DNA of 64,000 bases. It comes from Candidatus Aldehydirespiratoraceae bacterium. Lineage in GTDB: Bacteria; Actinomycetota; Acidimicrobiia; Acidimicrobiales; Aldehydirespiratoraceae. The first letter of the stretch is position 1, and each line of letters begins with the position of its first letter. Location of the stretch: NCBI GenBank assembly GCA_965208435.1, contig OZ242337.1:384998-448997 (forward strand), given 5' to 3'. Under the pieces are notes generated by a model. It saw only the letters and a program-made list of their open reading frames with translations, was not told where the DNA came from and searched no databases. Position numbers and translations under genes: made by a program. This document shows positions 39,758 through 47,427 of the stretch, piece by piece.

Positions 39758-40663
39758 ATGATGTTCTCCGGCCCGGAGCCTCCGCTGCACCTGTTGAGGA
39801 CCTTCGAAGCAGCGGCGAGACACACGAACTTCACGCGGGCCGCCGAGGAACTGTCGGTGAGCCAACCCGCGGTGAGCCAACAGATTCGGCTTCTGGAGCG
39901 GATCCTTGGTCGAGACCTCTTCGAGAGGGTCGGCCCCTCGTTGCGGCTCACCAATGACGGACGCGAGTTGGCTACTTCCGTGGCGGACGGCTTGGCCCAG
40001 ATCGAACGCGGGCTGGGACTGATCCGAACCCGTTCTGCGGACCACTGCCTAGAGGTCAGGGCGAACAGCACGTTCGTCACCCGATGGCTGCTCCCCCGCC
40101 TGCCCTCGTTCCTCGCTGAACATCCGGAGATCGAACTCGACCTGACCACCAGTTACTGGGCCGAGCAGCCGCTGTCGACGGGGGCGTCGGTGCACATCGA
40201 CTTCGGCTCCGTCTCAGAGGAGGTGGAACTCGTGGTGGGACGCCAGAGGGTGCTCGCTGTGGCGCGCTCCGACATCGCTGACACGGTGAACACTGCGTCG
40301 GACCTCGCCCGGGTCACGCTTCTCGAAGTGGTCGGCGGCGACGGCTGGCGCGAGTTCCTCGCCGGATACGACACCGAGTTGAACCCCTGGCCCCACACGC
40401 ACAGGTCGATGACCTACCTGCACACTCTCGACCTGGCAAGGATGGGTCAAGGCGTGGCGTTGGCTCACGAGATGATCGTCGAGGATCTGCTGGAGTCGGG
40501 CGAGCTCAAGACAGTGGTAGACATGTCGCAGCCGTCCCGCGAACACTACTACCTGGTCACGCCCCCGACGAGGCGCATCAACTCGGCGGTGGCCGCGTTC
40601 TTGGACTGGCTCCGGTCATTCAGTTCCGGTCATTCAGTAAGGATGTCCGGGCTGTCGCCGTGA
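39758..40663 (+). CDS. LysR-family transcriptional regulator
   Basis: 301 aa; HTH LRTFEAAARHTNFTRAAEELSVSQPAVSQQIRLLE. Confidence 0.9.
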   Translation: MMFSGPEPPLHLLRTFEAAARHTNFTRAAEELSVSQPAVSQQIRLLERILGRDLFERVGPSLRLTNDGRELATSVADGLAQIERGLGLIRTRSADHCLEVRANSTFVTRWLLPRLPSFLAEHPEIELDLTTSYWAEQPLSTGASVHIDFGSVSEEVELVVGRQRVLAVARSDIADTVNTASDLARVTLLEVVGGDGWREFLAGYDTELNPWPHTHRSMTYLHTLDLARMGQGVALAHEMIVEDLLESGELKTVVDMSQPSREHYYLVTPPTRRINSAVAAFLDWLRSFSSGHSVRMSGLSP

Positions 40664-40707
40664 ACCAGCCCGAGCGGGGGCCGGGTTCGAGCGTCGCTTG
40701 ACAGGGG

Positions 40708-41943
40708 CTACTGGCGGGGTGAGCCTGGAGGGAACGAGACTCGCATGATTCTCGGGCCTCGCACTTGACCGCCCGCCCACTTCATGGAGTCGCGATCGCT
40801 GAGGCGGAACTCCGGAATCCGTTCGAGCCAGACGCGCAGGGCAACGTTCATCTCCAACCGGGCCAGGTTCGAACCCGCACATCGATGAATCCCAGATCCG
40901 AACGCAACATGGCGGTTCCGTTGACGGTCGATGATGAACTCGTCGGGGGCCTCGAAGTGCTCCGGGTCATGGCATGCCGCCGGGAAGTTCATGAGCACCT
41001 TGTCGCCCTGCTGTATCTTGACCCCGCCGTACTCGACGTCGGCATCGGCTATTCGAGCCATGGTGACCGGGGCGTAGTAACGCAAGAATTCTTCCACTGC
41101 AGTGGGCAGCAGATCGGGTTCCGCGTTGAGACGGGCGAGGTCGTCCGGATTGGCCCCAAGGTGCCACAGGGCCGACCCGATGGAACTCCAGGTTGTGTCG
41201 ATCCCTGCCACCACCAGCAGGTTCGCGATTCCTATGACGACCTCCGGGGTGATCTCGGCGTCGTCGTCGAACGGCTCCATGTGGAGCATCTCTGTCAGCA
41301 GATCGTCTTTGGGGTTCTCGACCCGCTCGTGGACCTCCACTCCGAGGAAGTCGAGGAGGGCATCACGGGCGGCCATTCGCTTCTCGGGGTCCAACAGGCC
41401 CTCGCCCAGCAGGTCGTTGACCCAACCGACGAACGTGTCGGCCATCGCGGGATCGACACCCAGCAGGTGGGCGATGACCCTCGGCGGGATCTGCTGGGAG
41501 TAGTTGACAGCCGCATCGCACTCGCCGTCGGTGATGAAGCCGTCTATCAGCGAATGCGCCAACTCCTCGGTGTAGCCGGTGTAACGATTCACCGTCTTGG
41601 GCGAGAACGCCGGCAGGATCATGCGCCGGGTCCAGGTGTGGATCGGGGGGTCGGCGGTGATCGGCGCTGCCGCGATCTGCTGTTCGTAGAGCGTCTGTTC
41701 GGGGAAGTCCGGAGGTGGCGGCATCACCAACGGCGCCCGCGACGACAGCTCAGGGACCATTTTCGCCAGGGCGCGGATGTCGTCGAAGCGGGTCGGGTTC
41801 CAGGAGCCTTTGAGCCGTTCGGTATGGGCGATCGGGCATTTCTGGCGCATCTCCCGCCAGATCGGCACCGGATCCTCGATGTATCGTGGGTCGCTGATGT
41901 CGTAGTCGGTGGTCCAGTCGGTGACCGGTGTGGGCTCGGACAT
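40708..41943 (-). CDS. Cytochrome P450
   Basis: Heme-binding FGSGIHRCAGSNLARLE and EEFLRY (ExxR). Start taken at ATG 41943 (MSEPTPV). Confidence 0.9.
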   Translation of the reverse strand: MSEPTPVTDWTTDYDISDPRYIEDPVPIWREMRQKCPIAHTERLKGSWNPTRFDDIRALAKMVPELSSRAPLVMPPPPDFPEQTLYEQQIAAAPITADPPIHTWTRRMILPAFSPKTVNRYTGYTEELAHSLIDGFITDGECDAAVNYSQQIPPRVIAHLLGVDPAMADTFVGWVNDLLGEGLLDPEKRMAARDALLDFLGVEVHERVENPKDDLLTEMLHMEPFDDDAEITPEVVIGIANLLVVAGIDTTWSSIGSALWHLGANPDDLARLNAEPDLLPTAVEEFLRYYAPVTMARIADADVEYGGVKIQQGDKVLMNFPAACHDPEHFEAPDEFIIDRQRNRHVAFGSGIHRCAGSNLARLEMNVALRVWLERIPEFRLSDRDSMKWAGGQVRGPRIMRVSFPPGSPRQ

Positions 41944-42104
41944 ATGGAAACGGTAACGCATCGGACTCGCTGTTGGGGACCCGTGCGCTGGTCTTTTCTG
42001 CGGCATGTGTCATAGGGCCGGGTTACGCTTGGGGTCCTCCCCAGGGAGGCCTTCTCGGAGGGTCTCGTGGGGGAACGCATTTTGACAATCGACAACATGC
42101 ACAA

Positions 42105-42491
42105 GGGGCTGATCGGTTTCGACGTTGGGACCGGGATGTGCCGACGTGCGACCGGAGTTGCTCAGACTCCCAAAACGGGGCACCAACAGAGACGCCGATA
42201 CGGACGATCTCGTTCTCGCCGCCTGACTCGTCAGTAGGTAGAGAATCATCGCGACCAGCAATGGCACGCGGGGCCTGACTGCCGCAGCCTGGCACCAGAA
42301 GCGGTAGTGGACAGCAGGGAAAGACCGCTGGCTGACGGGAAAGACCCCTGACCCCGGAGAAAGTTCCGGTGGCGGGCCCTTGTGGCCCAACTCACCCGGG
42401 AGCGTGGCAGCCATGAGCCACAGGCACGGGAATGGTCGTAGCGCGGCGGGCAACCACCCGACGGACGAGGGTTCGATTCCCTCCAGCTCCA
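42105..42491 (+). ncRNA. ssrA: tmRNA (SsrA)
   Basis: 5' GGGGCTGATCGGTTTCGAC. 3' GAGGGTTCGATTCCCTC T-arm, then CAGCTCC-A acceptor pairing with the 5' end and including the G3:U pair. Internal tag frame ...ACC AAC AGA GAC GCC GAT ACG GAC GAT CTC GTT CTC GCC GCC TGA gives (G)TNRDADTDDLVLAA. CCA is not encoded. Confidence 0.92.
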
Positions 42492-42496
42492 CTCCG

Positions 42497-42527
42497 GGGT
42501 CTTCGCGAATTAGACCCGTTTTTGTTT
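42497..42527 (+). terminator. Intrinsic terminator of ssrA
   Basis: GGGTCT-N9-AGACCC hairpin followed by GTTTTTGTTTG. Confidence 0.6.
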
Positions 42528-42656
42528 GCCACCAGTGCATGAAAGAGCTGGTTGGAGCATGATTTTGGCTGTTTGGGGTTTGCCGCGGGGCTTTGAGGTG
42601 GGTTGCATCTGACTTCGCGCGACAGATCCTGAGTTTTTTCAAACAGCATCAGGCAG

Positions 42657-42723
42657 CCCCACACGCCCACCAACCGCCCCGCACCCGCCGCCGCACCCCA
42701 CCCAGCCCCCACAGCCACCCCCC
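42657..42723. other. T-free C-rich tract (G-rich, G4-prone on the minus strand)
   Basis: 67 nt with no T and only 8 G on the + strand. The minus strand has at least 7 runs of G3-G6. Begins 24 nt downstream of the McrB-like gene stop. Confidence 0.7.
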
Positions 42724-42746
42724 GACGGCTTACTGAAAAATCCGGG

Positions 42747-44302
42747 CTAGCCCGCCGCGTCCTCGTCGCCAGCGGCATCGGAATCGCCCTCAGGATCGGA
42801 GTCGCCAGCAGCATCGGAGTCCCCGACCGCATCGGAATCGCCCTCAGGATCGGAGTCCCCGGCAGCATCGGAATCGCCGACAGTGTCGGCCCCGATGGGC
42901 GCTTCGGGGGTCTCAAATACTTCGACTTCCCCCTCCCTGCCGGAGCTTTCGAGGTAGCGCTTGTAGACGTTGTCGAACCGGAACTTGTCGATCCGGTCGC
43001 GGTCACCGAAGAACTGATCCTCGATGGAGGGTTTGATGTCGTACTCCCAGATGCGCCGCACCGCTTCCTCGTCGAGGTCGGGTTTCATGAAGTGGCTAGG
43101 TCCGAGCAGCAGGTGTGATCCCCCCAACTCCTCTTCAAGCTCGTCGTTGACGTGCGCGACCAACTCCCTCACCCAAGCCGGCTCGTCGTGTTTCTTGAGC
43201 CAGCGGTCGAACAACCCTTCGATCGGATATTCGTTCGGAGAGAAATGGACAAAGTGGAAGCGGTGCCGCAGCGCGGTGTCGACCAAGGCGATGGAGCGGT
43301 CGGCCGTGTTCATGGTTCCGATGAACCAGAGGTTCTCCGGCAACTCGAACTCGCCTTCGGGACGGTAGAGGGTGGCCACGCTCACGTCGCGGTACTCGAG
43401 CAGGAAGAGCAGTTCTCCGAGAACCTTCGGAAGGTTGGCCCGGTTGATCTCGTCGATGATCATCACGTGCGTCCGGCCCGGAGCCTCGCTCGCCTTCTCC
43501 GCCATGATCGCCAGTGGGCCGGGCTTCAACCGGTATACCAACTCACCGCCCTCGCCCTGTTCAGGCCGGTAACCCTCGAAGAAATCCTCGTAGGAACTCG
43601 ACGGGTGGAACTGCACCAACGCGCGACGGCCGGCGTCTGGAGCCAGAGCCTCCGCCAACTTGCGAGCCAGATAGGTCTTGCCCGTACCCGGCGGGCCATA
43701 GAACACCACTTGCCGCTTGTTCTTCAGAGAGCGACGATGTCGCTGAGAAAGCCTGAATCAATCAGCAGTTCATCGGCGAGGTACCCGAAGTTGACCGCGA
43801 CATCCTCGTCCTCGGATCCTCCGCTTCGTTTGAGATACCAATACAGGAACCACGCCATCCCCAATGCGTCATCCGGGAAGAACTGCTCGAGGCGCTCACG
43901 AAGCAATGTGTTGGAGGCAACCTGGATCTCACCGCGCGAGCCTTCCGGTTCATCCAGTTCAAGCACTCTCAACATCTGCCGCTTTCCATTTTCTCCTCTG
44001 TAAGGGAAGACGGGAAGGTAGGTTTCCGGGTGCGTGATCGCCAGAAGTTTCATGATGACCGATTCCCCAAGTCCGCTGATGCGGAAATCGTCGTCACTGA
44101 GCATGCGGTCGATTCGCTGAGCATCGGGATCCTCTCCCCAACACAAGTAGCGGATGGCGTTGAACATCTCGTCGAGTTCCACAGGACTCGCGTCATTGAA
44201 GGATCGGTTCAACTGAGGCATAATGCCCGGGCCGCCGTATTCGCCTGTGTTCCATATCCGGCGAAGATCGTCCAAGTCGAACGGCTTGTCGGAAGCGAGC
44301 AT
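42747..44302 (-). pseudogene. McrB-like AAA+ GTPase, split by a frameshift just before the Walker A; no McrC partner
   Basis: ORF 43724-44302 ends ...ADELLIDSGFLSDIVAL*. ORF 42747-43709 continues in the -1 frame as (L)KNKRQVVFYGPPGTGKTYLARKLAEAL...FHPSSSYEDFFEGYRP. Restoring one nucleotide in GCTCTCTGAAG would fuse them. The C-terminus carries GDSDxx hexapeptide repeats. Confidence 0.65.
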
Positions 44303-44685
44303 GGCTGCGAACTCTCGCCGCTTCGAGTGGTGCCACTCATCTGCTTGCGTCGGATAGCCGCTCTCCGCAAGATACTCACTGCTCGATCTTGTTGATCATC
44401 TCCGCATGACCCTCCTCGTCCGCCAATAGGAGGGCACAGTGTGACTCGTACCAGCGGCGACGGAACTCCTGTTCGCGGGACGGCGGCCGTTCTGCTCCGC
44501 TCTCAATCGCTGTGGATTCCATGTGGTTGCGCCTCTCTGCGGGGTTCGGCCGGCCCTGTCTCCCGCCCGACATTGCGGGTCCAGTCTGACCGCTGCGTGC
44601 GCTGCACATCCTAGACAGGGGGTCTGACAGCTGTCGCTGACAGTTTCCCGCGGACGCTGGAAGGGGTCGGGTGTGGGGCAAGTCC

Positions 44686-44731
44686 AAATTATGACTAATA
44701 TGATCATAATTTACTAGATTCAACCTATACT
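44686..44731 (+). promoter_or_regulatory. AT-rich 9-N9-9 perfect palindrome plus TATACT -10-like box upstream of cysH
   Basis: AAATTATGA (44686-44694), N9, TCATAATTT (44704-44712). TATACT at 44726-44731 lies 7 nt before the cysH ATG, suggesting a leaderless transcript. Confidence 0.4.
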
Positions 44732-44738
44732 GCTCCGG

Positions 44739-45386
44739 ATGAACATCGACTTGGAACAGACATCCCTCAATACCGACCTGGCCGCTAGCAGTGCTCTTTC
44801 GACACTGCAGTGGGCACAAGAGGAGTTCGGGAAGGATCTGTGTCTGCTCTCGTCGATGCAGGATGCGGTGCTGATCGACCTCGCGATGCAGGTGTCGCCT
44901 TCGATCGACATCTTCTTTCTGGACACCGGGTACCACTTCAACGAAACCTGGGACACGTTGTCGATGGTCGAACAGCGTTACGGCGTCACCGTCAAGGTGG
45001 CCGGCGCGCCTGCGACGAGGATGCGGAACTCTGTCGCTCCGGGAGAGTGTTGCGATGTCAAGCCGTCACTCCTCGACGAGGTGCTGCGACACCGCCGAGC
45101 GTGGCTCACGGGAGCGCGCAGAGCAGAAACGGAAACCCGAGCCCAACTCAGACTGGTATCCACGGATCGACGCAACAAGACCAAGATCTGTCCGCTCGCT
45201 CAGTGGAGCGATGAGGACGTCACGCGCTACGTCCAAACCCGCAATGTCATCACCAACCCCTTGATCGTTCAAGGCTACCCGTCTATCGGCTGCGCGATCT
45301 GCACCACAAAACCGCTTCAAGGCGCCCACCCGCGAAGCGGGCGTTGGAGTGGCACCGCAAGAACCGAGTGCGGACTCCACCTCTGA
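44739..45386 (+). CDS. cysH: Adenylyl-sulfate / phosphoadenylyl-sulfate reductase (CysH, Fe-S type)
   Basis: 215 aa; FLDTGYHFNET, CC...CxxC cysteines (CCDVKP, GCAICT), C-terminal ECGLH motif. Confidence 0.9.
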   Translation: MNIDLEQTSLNTDLAASSALSTLQWAQEEFGKDLCLLSSMQDAVLIDLAMQVSPSIDIFFLDTGYHFNETWDTLSMVEQRYGVTVKVAGAPATRMRNSVAPGECCDVKPSLLDEVLRHRRAWLTGARRAETETRAQLRLVSTDRRNKTKICPLAQWSDEDVTRYVQTRNVITNPLIVQGYPSIGCAICTTKPLQGAHPRSGRWSGTARTECGLHL

Positions 45387-45449
45387 GACGCCCGTGAGAA
45401 CGCGACACCAGTGGGCTCGGTTCCGTCGACACGACGGGTCCGCGGGCCG

Positions 45450-46415
45450 TCACTGCTGTTGGGCTTGCTGTTGCTGTTGGTCTGGGGGCTGGACTGCGGA
45501 GGGGACGCTCAACGGACCGCTCGGCTTGCTCACCGGTTGGGCGGGAGCGCCGCCGGTCTGCCTGGAGATCAGCACCTCGGCGTCGACCGCGGCGACTCCG
45601 GAGCCAGTGAACACTCCCCGGACCGGGGGCACGTCGCCGTAGTCGCGACCGCAGCCGATCACCACATGACGCTCGCCGGCCTCGCCCCCGTTGGTGGGAT
45701 CGAGCGCCCACCAGCCCCAACCGGGCACTGCGACCTCGATCCAGGCGTGGGTCTGCACGCTCACGAGGTCCGCCTGGCGTGCGTCGAGTTCGGTCTCGTC
45801 GGCTGCGAACAGGTAGCCCGACACATAACGGGCCGGGACCCCCACGCTGCGCAGCATCCCCAACGCCAGGTGGGCGAAGTCCTGGCAGACGCCCGCGCCC
45901 CCCTCGATCAACTCCGGGAGCGTCACGCCGATGTCGGTCGAGTCCTGCCGGTAGAGCAGCGCCGCTCGCACATCGGCGATCACCGCTAAGACCATCTTCG
46001 GAACCGAATCGGCTCCCGCAACCGCTGAAGCGGCCCGCTGTTGCACCACGTCGCCACTGGCCCAACCCACATGCTGCGACGGGACCAGATACTCCAGGTG
46101 CGCTGAGCGGAATTCCTCCTCGGTCAACGTTGAGGGGTCGGGTGCGACCGACGGTGTCGATCGCGGCGCAGTCTCCACTTGCGCCTCCGCCAACAACTCC
46201 AACTCGGTGTGGCTGCTGCGGAAACCAACATGCTCCACGACGGTGCCCCAGTAGTCGAGGACGGAGAGCACGTTCAGAAACGGGCGTGACGTCAGCTGGT
46301 ACGAGAGCACCCGCTGGTGCTCATCGTCACGGGGTCGAACCCGCACCTCGTTCTGCGACTCGGTCACAGGCTCGGAGTAGCGGAAGTGCATCCTGTAGGA
46401 GATTCCGAGCCTCAC
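45450..46415 (-). CDS. Transglutaminase-family protein
   Basis: N-terminal VRLGISYRMHFRYSEPV (Bact_transglu_N-like) and catalytic GAGVCQDFAHLALGMLRSVGVPARYVSGY; Gln-rich tail. GTG 46415 preferred; ATG 46466 is the alternative. Confidence 0.85.
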   Translation of the reverse strand: MRLGISYRMHFRYSEPVTESQNEVRVRPRDDEHQRVLSYQLTSRPFLNVLSVLDYWGTVVEHVGFRSSHTELELLAEAQVETAPRSTPSVAPDPSTLTEEEFRSAHLEYLVPSQHVGWASGDVVQQRAASAVAGADSVPKMVLAVIADVRAALLYRQDSTDIGVTLPELIEGGAGVCQDFAHLALGMLRSVGVPARYVSGYLFAADETELDARQADLVSVQTHAWIEVAVPGWGWWALDPTNGGEAGERHVVIGCGRDYGDVPPVRGVFTGSGVAAVDAEVLISRQTGGAPAQPVSKPSGPLSVPSAVQPPDQQQQQAQQQ

Positions 46416-46449
46416 CGCGAAGACCCTCCGTCGAGCGCTTCGATCAGAC

Positions 46450-47427
46450 TCACGGCTTCGCCCCATCGCTGATCTGGCCGGGTCGCAGATACTGGGAACG
46501 AGGCGCCGCCATGGTCTGCGGCGGAGCGATTCCTTCCTGAACCTCGTTGGCCACCTCGGTCAACTCCCTGCCGAAATCCAACAACGCCGGGACCGGCGCA
46601 GAAGCCACCGCCTCGGACAGGTCGCCGAACTCGAGGCGGGAGCGCAGCAGGGCGGTCCTGCGGCGCGGGCGGTCCAACGCCTCGGCCCCCGAGGCCAGAT
46701 CGGCGAGACACTCCTGAGCGCGGACAAGACAGGAGAACACCGAGCGGGGCAGATCGTCGGCGTGCAGCAGGTAGCGAACCACCCCGTGGAAGTCCGGCGC
46801 GCTGCCGCGCCGGCGGTGATAGGCCTGCAGCGAACTGGTCAGACGCAGCATCCGTCCGGCGTCCAGGGATCCACGCGGGTCGCTGTGGCTGGCCTCGAGC
46901 AGGCCCACCGTGAAGATCGACCGCTCCAGCATCCGGCCCACCACCACGAACGCGTGCCCCTCATCGCGCCGCATGCCCTCGTTGAGCACACCGGAGATCG
47001 CCAAACATGCCCGCCTGACCATCAGAAGAACCTCGTGCAGGTCGCTCGGCGTGTTGTCATGGCCGAGGAACGGGAACCTGAGATACAGCCCGTTCGCCTC
47101 CTCCCAGAGCTCGATCGGGATGCGGTCCCGGACCGAGCGGAGGTTCTCGCGCACCGCCACGATCGACGACACCATCGAGCCCGGATTGTCACGGTCCGAC
47201 AACAGGAAGGCGACCAGCTGCGGTCTGCTGTCGAGCGGGCCGACCGCTTCCAGTTCGTCGGTGAGACCCAGGGTCCTGACCAGCAACTCGCCCTCGGCGC
47301 GGGCTTCATCCGCGCGCAGGCCGGTAATCGAGTCTGCCGCGTAGCTGAGGCACCTCGAGATCGTCTCAGCGCGTTCGAGGTAACGGCCCGTCCACAGCAG
47401 AGCCTCAGCGTGGCGAGCCAGAATCAT
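46450..47427 (-). CDS. Alpha-E domain protein (DUF403-like)
   Basis: Starts MILARHAEALLWTGRYLERAETISR, typical of the alpha-E family. ATGA overlap with the ATP-grasp stop; the longer ORF-track N-terminus is rejected. Confidence 0.8.
   Translation of the reverse strand: MILARHAEALLWTGRYLERAETISRCLSYAADSITGLRADEARAEGELLVRTLGLTDELEAVGPLDSRPQLVAFLLSDRDNPGSMVSSIVAVRENLRSVRDRIPIELWEEANGLYLRFPFLGHDNTPSDLHEVLLMVRRACLAISGVLNEGMRRDEGHAFVVVGRMLERSIFTVGLLEASHSDPRGSLDAGRMLRLTSSLQAYHRRRGSAPDFHGVVRYLLHADDLPRSVFSCLVRAQECLADLASGAEALDRPRRRTALLRSRLEFGDLSEAVASAPVPALLDFGRELTEVANEVQEGIAPPQTMAAPRSQYLRPGQISDGAKP

Noticed and set aside
40765-42015. 416-aa + strand ORF
   Set aside because: Antisense to the P450 gene, which has the FxxGxHxCxG heme motif.
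42082-42087. TTGACA hexamer upstream of ssrA as a -35 box
   Set aside because: Only 18 nt from the mature tmRNA 5' end, so a matching -10 would fall inside the mature RNA. The promoter is probably further upstream and cannot be placed by eye.
42750-42900. 18-bp periodic DNA repeat
   Set aside because: It is in frame and encodes the GDSDxx hexapeptide tail of the McrB-like protein. A coding low-complexity repeat, not a CRISPR array or regulatory array.
44523-44936. Upstream part of the 186-aa minus-strand ORF 44376-44936
   Set aside because: Overlaps the cysH start and the AT-rich promoter and has Arg/His-rich nonsense. Only the last 48 codons are possibly meaningful, as a fragment of the McrB-like pseudogene.
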